A DNA stretch of 58,422 bases from NCBI GenBank assembly GCA_041666915.1, contig JBAYFZ010000004.1:1-58422 (forward strand), read 5' to 3'. The notes below the pieces were generated by a model that saw nothing but the letters and a program-made list of their open reading frames with translations, had not been told where the DNA came from and ran no database searches. The position numbers and the translations under genes were made by a program. Positions 24,227-33,866 of the stretch are shown piece after piece (positions within the stretch are counted from its first letter, which is position 1; each line of letters starts with the position of its first letter). The stretch comes from Minisyncoccota bacterium (GTDB lineage: Bacteria; Patescibacteriota; Minisyncoccia; Phycocordibacterales; PALSA-1337).

Positions 24227-24850
24227 TTAGATAGATTTTATTTTATCTACAAAATTTTCTCTGTCTGCTTCACTTTCGTGTTCAACGACTTGGACACCGA
24301 TGCGACGTCCTAGAAGTTCTCGGATTTTTTGGGCTAGTTCACAATCTATCGGATCAAAGACAGTATCTGTTTGTTCTGGCTCACCAACTTGTTCGTGCCC
24401 AGCAGAAAATATTACCAATCTACTTATGCCGAATAGTCTGTAAATAAGTGGTCTAGTCACATCTATGTTTTGCATCTGACGATAGGGTATGACTATTTCT
24501 TCAATATTTAAAACTCCTTTTTTGAGTCGGAGACCAAATTCTTCAATAGTAAAAACGAAGAATTTGTATTGCAGTATATTTATAATTATACCGAGACATC
24601 CTAATATTACTGCTAAGAAAAATAGTGCTGGGATGAGTAAGGGAATAAAAGAGGAGATGATGTTTCCTAGTGACGGTATAGCCTCACTCATGAGAGAAAG
24701 GTTTGTTATTAAGTTTTGAGCGATTGTTTCCTTGAAGAATGATAAAACAACAACAAGTATCATTAGAACCAATCCGGGGGCTACTCCTTTCAAAAACATT
24801 ATTATAAAAGTCTTACTACCTAGATGTTGTGGTCGTCCTACAGGGATCAT
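24227..24850 (-). CDS. Membrane protein with a bacterial PH (bPH_2, YdbS/YdbT-like) domain
   Basis: TM helices followed by LRLKKGVLNIEEIVIPYRQMQNIDVTRPLIYRLFGISRLVI. Confidence 0.7.
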   Translation of the reverse strand: MIPVGRPQHLGSKTFIIMFLKGVAPGLVLMILVVVLSFFKETIAQNLITNLSLMSEAIPSLGNIISSFIPLLIPALFFLAVILGCLGIIINILQYKFFVFTIEEFGLRLKKGVLNIEEIVIPYRQMQNIDVTRPLIYRLFGISRLVIFSAGHEQVGEPEQTDTVFDPIDCELAQKIRELLGRRIGVQVVEHESEADRENFVDKIKSI

Positions 24851-24928
24851 GATAGTTCATAGTTTACAATGAAATACAAAAGGTCGCTATGTGTACTAAA
24901 ATAACAGTTATTGAGTTACACTTATCAT

Positions 24929-25483
24929 ATGCTTTACACTGGAAAAGGGGATGATGGAACAACGAGGACTCTCGCCAAATCTAGCGGACGTATTTCCAAA
25001 AGTTCTTGCCAGACCGAGTTGTTGGGTGTTTTGGATGAACTTAATTCTTTTATTGGTTTGGTAAAAGTGAAAGCCTACGATAAAAATTTATCAGTCAAAG
25101 GAAAATCTTTTGCTGATATCATGTTGTGGGTACAAAATAATCTTTTCATTATTCAAGCGGAGACGGCTGGTTCGGATAAGGAGATTACAAAAGGGAAGGT
25201 GAAAGAGATGGAAGTTTGGATTGATGCTATAGAACATGAATTGCCACCAATAAAAACTTTTCTGATTTCTGGTGGAACAGAGCTGACTGCATTATTGGAT
25301 ATTTCTAGGACCTTGGCACGTAAGGTTGAACGTAGGTTGATCGGGGCTTGTGAGGAAAAGAGTATAAAAGTTGGTTCAGAAACTCTGGCTTTCCTAAATA
25401 GGCTCTCTTCGTTGTTCTATGCCATGGCTCGACTAAGTAGCCATAAATCTGGTATAAAGGAGGTACCACCGAGTTATGAGTAG
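24929..25483 (+). CDS. PduO-type ATP:cob(I)alamin adenosyltransferase family protein
   Basis: MLYTGKGDDGTT N-terminus and the size. The ATG at 24929 is preferred to the TTG at 24911. Confidence 0.8.
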   Translation: MLYTGKGDDGTTRTLAKSSGRISKSSCQTELLGVLDELNSFIGLVKVKAYDKNLSVKGKSFADIMLWVQNNLFIIQAETAGSDKEITKGKVKEMEVWIDAIEHELPPIKTFLISGGTELTALLDISRTLARKVERRLIGACEEKSIKVGSETLAFLNRLSSLFYAMARLSSHKSGIKEVPPSYE

Positions 25484-25531
25484 TTAGGTGGTGTGTTAGG
25501 TGTGTTATAGGTTGTAAGCGTTTAGTTATAT

Positions 25532-25607
25532 GGTGCCTATGGTGTAATGGTTAGCACTGAGGTTTGTGGAACCTCCAGTCCGGGTTCGAATCCCGATAGG
25601 CACCCCA
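25532..25607 (+). tRNA. tRNA-His (anticodon GUG) with encoded G-1 and CCA
   Basis: An extra 5' G pairs with C73. Anticodon arm GAGGT-TTGTGGA-ACCTC, and a CCA 3' end is present. Confidence 0.85.
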
Positions 25608-25679
25608 AGGTGAAAATAAGTCGAATGATTATAAAAGTTAACACTAACAGAAGTTGTATTTTCTTGGTATAATTTTGGT

Positions 25680-26789
25680 ATGAAAAAAGTCATACTCATT
25701 ATATTAGGTATATTAATATTGTCTTTCGCAGCTTTCGTAATATATGGTTTTATCGTTATGCCACCAGAAGGTGCTCCAGTAATAAATGGGGTATCTTTTC
25801 AGACACAATATCCACTCGGCTCAACGATGATAGGTACAATTGATTTTGGAAGTTATGATAAAAATGTCGTTGGATTAGTAATAAAGCATCTAGAATCCAC
25901 TGATAAGGTAAATAATGTTGATTTACGCCCTCTCGGAACTGAAGGTGATATTTCTGGTTCGATCACGAATACTATTAATGCTGGTGATGAGCGAAATGTA
26001 ATTACAGAGTCGTTTACTGTCGTTGACTCAAATGGTAGAACCAGTAGACCATTTCCTGTACGTATACTGTATGGTGACTTGAGTAAGGTGGTAAACACTT
26101 ATACACAAAATATTCAAAGAAAAAATACTTCTACGTCTCCTAAAAAATTAAATTTTATTATCGTCAAAGACACGGATACAGAGTTTGGTGATCAATCTAC
26201 CAGCACTTCTAGTGGTGTAGTTGAAAATGTTATTGCGAATCAGATAATTCCCAAGATCAATGGAATCTGGAGTCAGTGCGATGTTGGTTTTACTTTAGGA
26301 AAAATATTGTATGAAGATTCTAAGACACTCAAGACGGTAAACGGGAGATCATTCAATTCTATGTTTTCAAGATTAAATGGGGAAGGTGTTATATCTGTTA
26401 AATCTGATCAAAAAAGTGACGCACTTTGGATCGATGATATTAGACAACAGATCGGTCTATCTAAAGATGATTACGTTGTTTATATTATCGGAAATAGGAT
26501 TATCAATACATCTTCAGGTAAACCCGAATCTGGCTTCGCTTCTAATAAAAGCGTAGTTATTCCATGGAAATATTTACCTGTACAAAATCCTAAAACTGAT
26601 GAGTGGTTTGTTCCAGAAACTCTGGTATCTATCCTTGCTCATGAGATTGGTCACAATTTAGGGTTGCTACATCCATCTGAGTCCCAGATTTCGACAAGTC
26701 GATATACCGACTCAAATCTTATGGACGTCAGTGAAGCGATACCTGTGTCGAATCTCATTAAGGAACAGTGCAATATGCTCATATTATAG
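25680..26789 (+). CDS. Membrane-anchored metzincin-type zinc metalloprotease-like protein
   Basis: An N-terminal TM helix and a C-terminal HEIGHNLGLLH (HExxHxxGxxH) motif. Confidence 0.6.
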   Translation: MKKVILIILGILILSFAAFVIYGFIVMPPEGAPVINGVSFQTQYPLGSTMIGTIDFGSYDKNVVGLVIKHLESTDKVNNVDLRPLGTEGDISGSITNTINAGDERNVITESFTVVDSNGRTSRPFPVRILYGDLSKVVNTYTQNIQRKNTSTSPKKLNFIIVKDTDTEFGDQSTSTSSGVVENVIANQIIPKINGIWSQCDVGFTLGKILYEDSKTLKTVNGRSFNSMFSRLNGEGVISVKSDQKSDALWIDDIRQQIGLSKDDYVVYIIGNRIINTSSGKPESGFASNKSVVIPWKYLPVQNPKTDEWFVPETLVSILAHEIGHNLGLLHPSESQISTSRYTDSNLMDVSEAIPVSNLIKEQCNMLIL

Positions 26790-26794
26790 TTACG

Positions 26795-26817
26795 TTTATT
26801 TTATAAATGTTACAATT
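26795..26817 (+). promoter_or_regulatory. Repeated promoter-like 23-mer, copy 1 (TTTATTTTATAAATGTTACAATT)
   Basis: Identical 23-mer at 28366-28388. Both copies end in a TACAAT -10-like box 5-6 nt before the start codon of the next gene. Confidence 0.5.
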
Positions 26818-26822
26818 ATGAG

Positions 26823-27302
26823 ATGAAAATCTCCAATCCTCTCAAATTAATAATCGCTATAGTCGTCTCAGAGCTCGCTGGTATTATAGGAACAGTATTT
26901 ACTAGTCCTTCCGTTACGGGTTGGTATTCAACTCTCATTAAACCAAGTTTCAATCCACCTTCATGGGTATTTGGTCCGGTTTGGACGACACTCTTTGTAC
27001 TTATGGGAATAGCTGCATTTTTGATTTGGAAAAAGGGACTTGAGAGGAGAGATGTGAAGATTGCATTATCTATATTTATCGGACAACTTGTACTCAATAC
27101 ACTTTGGTCTATCATCTTTTTTGGAATCCACAGTCCCGGTGGCGCTTTCATAGAAATACTTTTCCTCTGGATGGCTATTCTCGCTACTATCATCTCTTTC
27201 TACAAAATTTCAAAAGCAGCAGCGTATTTATTGATACCTTACATTCTATGGGTTAGTTTTGCCATGTTTTTGAATTACACTATTTGGATGATCAATATTT
27301 AG
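26823..27302 (+). CDS. tspO: TspO/MBR tryptophan-rich sensory protein
   Basis: WYSTLIKPSFNPPSWVFGPVWTTLFVLMG and 5 TM helices. Confidence 0.85.
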   Translation: MKISNPLKLIIAIVVSELAGIIGTVFTSPSVTGWYSTLIKPSFNPPSWVFGPVWTTLFVLMGIAAFLIWKKGLERRDVKIALSIFIGQLVLNTLWSIIFFGIHSPGGAFIEILFLWMAILATIISFYKISKAAAYLLIPYILWVSFAMFLNYTIWMINI

Positions 27303-27484
27303 CTACTTTTTTGTCACTTTTTTAAGTGATTTTTGACATGTTTAAAGTGAATTAGCTTGCAAGCTTTGTTGTATTTAGAATAAGAATTCACCGATTCTGA
27401 TTTGACAAGTTATATTAATAATGATACGGTTAGTAAAATTTTGTACATAGACATAATGTAAACCAATAACGTAGAAAGGTTAAT

Positions 27485-28312
27485 GTGAAGAAAAAGAAAA
27501 GAAATAAGTCCAATTTTTGGCGATTTGTCTCAGTGATTATGGTTGTGTCCACGGCTGCAGTTATATTTTTTTGGTTCACAAAAGAACCAGACACAATAAA
27601 TCATTCGCAAGAGGAGTTGCAAGCAAGATACGATTATAATCTCAATCATAAATCGTCGACTAACGTCCACCAATTACTTCGTCCGGTCTATTTCAGTAAA
27701 GGAAAGTATGCCGCCGCTTGTGGTACGATGGTGCTCGGTAAGGATGAAAAACCCTCTTTTATTGTTACGGCTAGTCATCTCTTTTCGGAGACCGATCCAG
27801 GTTCCGATTTTTATGATTATCATGTGCTTGGACCAAGTGGTTTTACCTCACAAGGGCATCTTTCCAGAGTCGTCCTCGATAGTCTGAGGACGTCATCGTC
27901 GCCGAAAGGAATTCAAGACATTGCAATCTGTTATATAGGTGATGCTGGACAAATTTCCCGAACATCGAAGGTTATTATCTCTGCATCATCTCCGTCACAA
28001 CATGATTTCAGTCTCAATTCCGTAACTCCTTTCAGGGTAACCTCGGTTACAACTGGTGAGCAGTTTGAAATAGTGGGTGAGGCTGTAAACTCGGTTACAA
28101 ATGCATTCTACGTCATGTTGTATGAAAGTGTGAATGGGGAAAGCGGTAGCGGTTTCTGGAAGGACGAGAGCGAACAATTTCCGAATGGTGGCGGGAAGCT
28201 CTATGTTTTGTCTGGGGATATAGCAATTAGTCAACAAACGCGGAGAGATCTTCATATCCCTGCTCAATACAAACGCCTCACACTCATGAGCGCTATTCAA
28301 ATTAAGTGGTAG
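27485..28312 (+). CDS. Membrane-anchored trypsin-like serine protease candidate
   Basis: GTG start and an N-terminal TM helix. The ordered motifs VTASHLF (His), QDIAICY (Asp) and NGESGSGF (Ser) have chymotrypsin-fold spacing. It is GC-richer than the flanks. Confidence 0.5.
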   Translation: MKKKKRNKSNFWRFVSVIMVVSTAAVIFFWFTKEPDTINHSQEELQARYDYNLNHKSSTNVHQLLRPVYFSKGKYAAACGTMVLGKDEKPSFIVTASHLFSETDPGSDFYDYHVLGPSGFTSQGHLSRVVLDSLRTSSSPKGIQDIAICYIGDAGQISRTSKVIISASSPSQHDFSLNSVTPFRVTSVTTGEQFEIVGEAVNSVTNAFYVMLYESVNGESGSGFWKDESEQFPNGGGKLYVLSGDIAISQQTRRDLHIPAQYKRLTLMSAIQIKW

Positions 28313-28331
28313 AAAAAAATTGTATTCAAAC

Positions 28332-28368
28332 AACCGTAGAGATTACTCTCTGCGGTTTGTCTTTTTTT
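28332..28368 (+). terminator. Rho-independent terminator
   Basis: AACCGTAGAGA / TCTCTGCGGTT stem followed by a T run. Confidence 0.6.
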
Positions 28369-28388
28369 ATTTTATAAATGTTACAATT
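28366..28388 (+). promoter_or_regulatory. Repeated promoter-like 23-mer, copy 2
   Basis: Identical to 26795-26817. Confidence 0.5.
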
Positions 28389-28393
28389 GGTGC

Positions 28394-29278
28394 ATGAAAA
28401 ATTATAGAAAAACTCTCATCGTTTTATTATTGATTGTAATTGTTGCGTTAATTATTGGTTGTGCAATTTATTATTATAATCCTAATAAAGTTGTCACCAC
28501 CATTTCAGTTAATACGGATATTACTAATAGTGAAATGCCACCTCGTGGTAAAGCTCCTTATTTGAATGTTCAAAATATAAATGAACAGACAGGATTAGCT
28601 GTAATTGATTCGCCAAAATTTGGAGACTCTTTTATTTTAGGAAATCCTATTACTATCAAATGGAATCCAGAACTTATTGACGTGTCTACGATCCAACTTG
28701 TTTCAGGTGATGATTCAAAGATTGGTGGTATGCAAATATACAAGAGAGCTAGTTTGGATGATAAGAATATTACGAATGCTAGATTTGATTATGTTATTCC
28801 AAATAACCTTACTGTTTACCCAGGACAATACCGAATAAAGCTATTGAGTTACGCTGGGAGATATAGTTATACAAGTGATGTGTTTACGATAAAATCTTCA
28901 GCACCATTACGTCAAAGGGCAGATAAGCCATTTGTTATTAAATCAATAATGGGAGCTATGGATTCTTACAGAGTAGGGGAGTCTATGAATTTGAATATTG
29001 AGACAGAAAATGGTGATGGAACACCAGCTGATAATTCAAAAGGTTTTAATGTGCAAGCTAGGTTATATAACAACGACGGGCAAGGAGTTTGGTCTGGTAA
29101 TGCTACTTATAACCCAAATGCGCAAGTGTGGCACCTTAATGTTCCTTTAGTTAAAGATACATATAGATTACAGGTTACGCTTTATTGTAGTTTGATCAGT
29201 ATAAATTCAGTTTGTGCACAAGAGTATGACATCAACAAAGAAGTGAGTCAGTACCTTAATTTTATAGTTAATCCTTAA
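28394..29278 (+). CDS. Hypothetical lipoprotein/secreted protein
   Basis: Signal/TM segment with LIIGC. The sequence is rich in beta-strand-like repeats. No family recognised. Confidence 0.5.
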   Translation: MKNYRKTLIVLLLIVIVALIIGCAIYYYNPNKVVTTISVNTDITNSEMPPRGKAPYLNVQNINEQTGLAVIDSPKFGDSFILGNPITIKWNPELIDVSTIQLVSGDDSKIGGMQIYKRASLDDKNITNARFDYVIPNNLTVYPGQYRIKLLSYAGRYSYTSDVFTIKSSAPLRQRADKPFVIKSIMGAMDSYRVGESMNLNIETENGDGTPADNSKGFNVQARLYNNDGQGVWSGNATYNPNAQVWHLNVPLVKDTYRLQVTLYCSLISINSVCAQEYDINKEVSQYLNFIVNP

Positions 29279-29300
29279 TCTTTGAGTTATCTTACAGGTG

Positions 29301-29353
29301 TTGCCATGTTTTTGAATTACACTATTTGGATGATCAATACTTATCCACTTTTG
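29301..29353 (+). repeat. Detached copy of the tspO 3' end
   Basis: A 39-nt perfect match to 27259-27297 (TTGCCATGTTTTTGAATTACACTATTTGGATGATCAATA), then about 14 nt of diverged match. Confidence 0.85.
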
Positions 29354-29401
29354 TAATCCAGAATCGGTGTAAGAGAGATATAATTACCTTGGAGGTGTTC
29401 T

Positions 29402-29611
29402 ATGCTTGTAGATCAGATCTTCCAAGAAGTTGTACGGGAAGCACAGAGTAACGTAAATCGTTTCTTCGCTTGGCGGGCTCTGAGACATGAACCCAACGAT
29501 GAGGAATTAATGAGACATTTTTTGGAAAATGGTGGCGAGGAATACGTTAAAAGAAGATTGAATATTCCAAGACAAATTACCAGTGAAGATTTTCGATTTT
29601 TTCGCTGGTAA
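29402..29611 (+). CDS. Hypothetical 69-aa protein
   Basis: Strong GGAGG RBS and a terminator at 29618-29642. Confidence 0.5.
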   Translation: MLVDQIFQEVVREAQSNVNRFFAWRALRHEPNDEELMRHFLENGGEEYVKRRLNIPRQITSEDFRFFRW

Positions 29612-29663
29612 CCTTTAGGCCGACATTTGTTGTCGGCTTTTTAATTTGATATGATTCTTACAT

Positions 29664-30014
29664 ATGGAAAATTTACCAAAAAATGAATCAGAACCAGTTT
29701 TTGAAGAAGGTCATGGTCAGATTTCGCCAGAGAAAGAAGTTATCAATGATTTGGCGACACCGCCAACTGAAGGTTTGCTCGGTGGTATTACAGGTGAACA
29801 ATTATTACGAATAAGAGAGGCTATAACTACTGATCCACAGTTGATGTCTTATTATAATTCAATCAAGGAGAGGTTAATCAAAGAGAGTGGTAAATATAGT
29901 ATACATAGGGGACAAGTTTTAAATGAAATGCATAAAACATTATCTACAGGAGGAGATAATGAGAAAATGTTAGCTAAAAAATTGGAGGGATTTGTTACTA
30001 CGTTTAGTTCCTAG
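29664..30014 (+). CDS. Hypothetical 116-aa protein
   Basis: ORF only. No family recognised. Confidence 0.4.
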   Translation: MENLPKNESEPVFEEGHGQISPEKEVINDLATPPTEGLLGGITGEQLLRIREAITTDPQLMSYYNSIKERLIKESGKYSIHRGQVLNEMHKTLSTGGDNEKMLAKKLEGFVTTFSS

Positions 30015-30093
30015 GAATGCCATTTTTTGTCCTTTGACTCACCGGTCTTGTGGGTATATAGTTTTGTTAGGTTAGTAAATAGAAAGGAAAATT

Positions 30094-30459
30094 ATGAGAA
30101 TGTTCCTTGTTAGTATCTGTATGTTTCTTGCTGGATGTGCAGGTGATTGGAATAAAAATCCTTATGCTACTGTTAAATCTGGTAACGGCGATATTTTGGA
30201 ATATTGGGGAACCAAGTATGGAACAGTGAAAAAGGTGATTGATCTACCATCTTTTCGTGGCTCAACCAATTCTGTCGCAGGTTTTATTGAAGTGACTTTC
30301 ACAGATGATAAAGGTAAAACTTTTACTCGTATCGCTTTTCCTTCATCTACGGCGCCACCACTTAAGATCGGTGATAAAGTGATTGTTCGTCTTATATATG
30401 TCTGTACGGATTCTGGTAGTGCACAATGTGTTCGTCTTGCTACCAAATCAAGTGATTGA
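30094..30459 (+). CDS. Small lipoprotein
   Basis: Lipobox MFLAGC, an AAAGGAAA RBS, and a bidirectional terminator at about 30506-30545. Confidence 0.55.
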   Translation: MRMFLVSICMFLAGCAGDWNKNPYATVKSGNGDILEYWGTKYGTVKKVIDLPSFRGSTNSVAGFIEVTFTDDKGKTFTRIAFPSSTAPPLKIGDKVIVRLIYVCTDSGSAQCVRLATKSSD

Positions 30460-30551
30460 ATATCTTGTCACAAATCTCCCTAGGAAACTCGGGGGATTTT
30501 TGTATAAAAAATGCCGTACCTGTTTATGGGTACGGCATTTGAGTTTTTGTT

Positions 30552-32132
30552 TTAATGTCCAAAGAATCCTCGGAGGATAGAATCTGGAAGCATGTAAAGA
30601 GCGACTCCGTTTTTGGTACAGAGATCAATTGTCTCTTGATCTTTCACTGAACCGCTTGATGTTAGGATTGCTCTGACTCCAGCATCAATGAGTGTTTGTG
30701 GACCGTCTGGGAAAGGGAAGAACGAATCGCTATAAGCTACTGCACCTTGGGTGTTATGCTTTGAACGAATCGCCCTTTCTATTGCCAGCTTGGCTGCACC
30801 GACACGGTCTTGTTGACCAACACCGTTACCGATGAGTTGTTCGTTTTTAACGAGAGTAATAGTATTACTGTTACTTGTTGAGCCAATCGCCCAAGCGAGC
30901 ATCATATCGCATTCTTGCATAGGAGTTGCTTTTCCGTGCCTCATAATCTCTCCTCGCTCAAAATCGGGAATAGATGTGTAGTTTGGCTGTACTAAGAATC
31001 CGCCACGAACGAAACGGAAACGAGGTGTTCGATCCAGATTTCCGACAAGTTCGTTTAGTGCTGGATTGATGATGAATCGGCATTTATTACCTTTGCGACG
31101 AAGTAACGCGACAGCACCTTCAGTAAAAGCTGGAGCGATGATACCGTCCAACATTTTGCCTATAAGCGACTCACACAAAGCCTCGTCTACTTCGAAGTCT
31201 GTCATGACGAGTCCGCCAAAGATAGCCAATGGGTCGCCCGTCATCATCTTCTTTACTACTTCAGCTCGATCTGGTCCAGCAGATGCACCACATGAATTTC
31301 CATGCTTCACACCAACAGCGATTGCTGTGCCGACACCTTCGTTGATTGCGTATCCTTCAGCGATATGAGTCGCTGTTTGGAGTAGACGATCAACGTCGCA
31401 CCAGTTGTTGTAGCTTGGAGGCGTACCCTCGATTACAATAAATTTGTCGAGGGCAAGTGGGTCGGAAGTGCCAGTCGAATATAGGTGTGCCGGTGCCTGC
31501 CAGGCATTTTCACCGTATTTACAAGTATCAACTTTTTCACCGAAGATCCCGTGGTATTTTCCTTGGCTTCGAAAACGGGCTGAGTCCATGCAGTATTTGC
31601 TGATGGTGTATTCGCCTTTGGATGCCAATTCTTCAATGAAATTTCCATCAGGTTCTCCAGCTTTGAACCATTGGATGACTCGTTCACGATCGTTTGGATC
31701 GCAGACGACAATACGTTGACCTTTTGCGGCAGAACGAATCATTGTTGGACCACCGATATCAGTCTGCTCAATCACTTTCATGAGCGTACTATCCGGTTTG
31801 GCTATCTCTTGTTTGAGTGGATACAAATCCACGCAGACAAGGTCAATGAAGGGGATACGTAGACGAGAGAGCTCATTCAAGTCATCTTCAATGTTTCTTG
31901 CCAACAGTCCGGCATGAACTTCGCGTGATAGGGTAACTACCCTGTGCCCAAGAATGGCTTCTCCGCCGACCAGGGTGGCAACATCCACAACTTCAATACC
32001 ATCCTTTTTCAAGTGTTTGGCTGTACCACCAGAGGCGTATATGACGAATCCGAGTTTTACCAATTCTTGCGCGAAATCAGTAATTCCATCTTTATGGAAT
32101 ACAGATAAGAGCGCATTTCTTATTTTTTTCAT
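30552..32132 (-). CDS. purH: Bifunctional AICAR transformylase / IMP cyclohydrolase
   Basis: ALLSVFHKDGITDFAQEL...ASGGTAKHL MGS-like N-terminus and the full-length AICARFT domain. It is GC-richer than the flanks. Confidence 0.95.
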   Translation of the reverse strand: MKKIRNALLSVFHKDGITDFAQELVKLGFVIYASGGTAKHLKKDGIEVVDVATLVGGEAILGHRVVTLSREVHAGLLARNIEDDLNELSRLRIPFIDLVCVDLYPLKQEIAKPDSTLMKVIEQTDIGGPTMIRSAAKGQRIVVCDPNDRERVIQWFKAGEPDGNFIEELASKGEYTISKYCMDSARFRSQGKYHGIFGEKVDTCKYGENAWQAPAHLYSTGTSDPLALDKFIVIEGTPPSYNNWCDVDRLLQTATHIAEGYAINEGVGTAIAVGVKHGNSCGASAGPDRAEVVKKMMTGDPLAIFGGLVMTDFEVDEALCESLIGKMLDGIIAPAFTEGAVALLRRKGNKCRFIINPALNELVGNLDRTPRFRFVRGGFLVQPNYTSIPDFERGEIMRHGKATPMQECDMMLAWAIGSTSNSNTITLVKNEQLIGNGVGQQDRVGAAKLAIERAIRSKHNTQGAVAYSDSFFPFPDGPQTLIDAGVRAILTSSGSVKDQETIDLCTKNGVALYMLPDSILRGFFGH

Positions 32133-32256
32133 AGAACTTTTTCCTTTGTTGAGTTTTCACTTATCTCCAATGAAAGACTATTCTTTTATTATCTTTTGTC
32201 AAATTTTTGTATAAAAAACACCACCCGAATTTCTTCGAGTGGGTTTGATTTTAGTT

Positions 32257-33714
32257 TTAACTAATTGCATTGATATGAATTTGTGCTGGTTTATTGGACC
32301 TAGTTTTCGGCAGAAATTCATCGTTGACGGCTGATTTACAAGCCTTCAGAAATCCTTCTGGTCCAAAGTAGGCTCTACCATCAGGATCGAGTTCTACCGG
32401 TTGACCAGGCAAACATTCAATAGAGAGTTTTGCTGCTTGGTCATCCTGCTCCGTTTTTCCTTTGAAAGCTACGCCAATGACTGGGATCTGAACGTGTCCA
32501 AGTGCGCACAATTCAGCTTTCACTATTCCAGGCAAAGCGGCTGCCATACCAGCTCCAGCTATGAACACGTCAGCTTTGGAAGCTTTTTCTTTGAGGAATT
32601 TCCGAAGTTCGTCGGGGTTGCGATGGCAACTGATAATACTCAGGTGAGTGTCGGATATGCCCGAAATGGAAACCATATCAGTTCCAGTTTGACACAGGTC
32701 ACTTTCACTACCGACGATGACTTCAATTCGCGGTACTTTTACAGTTGAATTGATACCCATGAAGTTATTTTGATAGACTTCAATCTGCATACCAGTCAAT
32801 CTCCAGAAGATGTAACGGTATATGAGCGTGGTCGCATGAACCACATCCGAAGGAACTTTCACGGAATCGACGAAGGCGATATCTTCGGGATTCAAAGGGT
32901 TGCGTTTATCAATACCCATTTTTTTACCCCACTCCCGCACATATTGTTTGTCGAGAGATGGTGGAAGCTTTCCTTCTTTCTGTGCCTTCTGCCATTCTTT
33001 TTCGTCGACGAAACGACTTGAGTCTGGAGTTCCTCTTTCATCAACGATTGTTTCTCCACTGAACTCAAACTTTGTATCAAACATTCTGATACCACACTTC
33101 AAAGCGTGGTCGGCGATGGCACAAGCTGCTTGCAGGGCCAAACGTTCACGCATGAAGCCATATTTTTTGATCACATCGTTGACCAGCATATGTTCATCAT
33201 GCCCAACTTTTGCTTTGGTAGTTGGGGCGTAGATAGGGTAAGGGAGCAGGTCTCCTTCTTTAATCCCTGGCGGTAAACGGTGCCCGCATATGGTCTGATT
33301 TTGTTTGTAGCTTGTCCAGCCACTTCCAGCCATAACAAGGCGGACAATATCTTCAACTTCGGGCGCCGGATGTATCCTTACCACTGTTGCCCGTTTTTGA
33401 AGTTCCAGATTATCACGGAGATTTTTTGGAAGATACTGATTCATGTCTTTGCCACAGGCCACGAAATCGGTATTGCAGAAAGGATTGATTATCCGTGTCT
33501 GGAAATGATTTAATGCGGTCAAGTTTTGACCTTTTTCTGGTACTAACGTCGGCAACACGAAATCGTAAATACTACAACGATCCGAAGCGACGACTAGCAT
33601 TTTGTCTGGGTGGCCCGGAAGTTCGTACGAATTACGGACTTTACCGCGATTAAGGAGTTTGAGACCTTCTAGGTCCGGTTGTCTGTCTAAAACAGATTGA
33701 GGTATATGAGCCAT
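32257..33714 (-). CDS. Fusion protein: SAICAR synthetase (PurC) + divergent PurE-like domain
   Basis: N-terminal part: GKVRNSYEL...VVASDRCSIYDFVLP. C-terminal part: IEVIVGSESD...IISCHRNPDEL...IAGAGMAAALPG. The ATG at 33714 (MAHIPQ) has an AAAGGA RBS. Confidence 0.85.
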   Translation of the reverse strand: MAHIPQSVLDRQPDLEGLKLLNRGKVRNSYELPGHPDKMLVVASDRCSIYDFVLPTLVPEKGQNLTALNHFQTRIINPFCNTDFVACGKDMNQYLPKNLRDNLELQKRATVVRIHPAPEVEDIVRLVMAGSGWTSYKQNQTICGHRLPPGIKEGDLLPYPIYAPTTKAKVGHDEHMLVNDVIKKYGFMRERLALQAACAIADHALKCGIRMFDTKFEFSGETIVDERGTPDSSRFVDEKEWQKAQKEGKLPPSLDKQYVREWGKKMGIDKRNPLNPEDIAFVDSVKVPSDVVHATTLIYRYIFWRLTGMQIEVYQNNFMGINSTVKVPRIEVIVGSESDLCQTGTDMVSISGISDTHLSIISCHRNPDELRKFLKEKASKADVFIAGAGMAAALPGIVKAELCALGHVQIPVIGVAFKGKTEQDDQAAKLSIECLPGQPVELDPDGRAYFGPEGFLKACKSAVNDEFLPKTRSNKPAQIHINAIS

Positions 33715-33866
33715 AGTTTTTATCCTTTGGTTGTTTTTGTTGTACTTTGTATATCCCACATGAGATACGTTGTAGTCAATACTATTGATAAAAAAATAAA
33801 AAGCAAGAGTCGGTCGAATCCATCAAAGTCTCATGTGGAAAACAATACGTACGCGCGTCTGTTATA

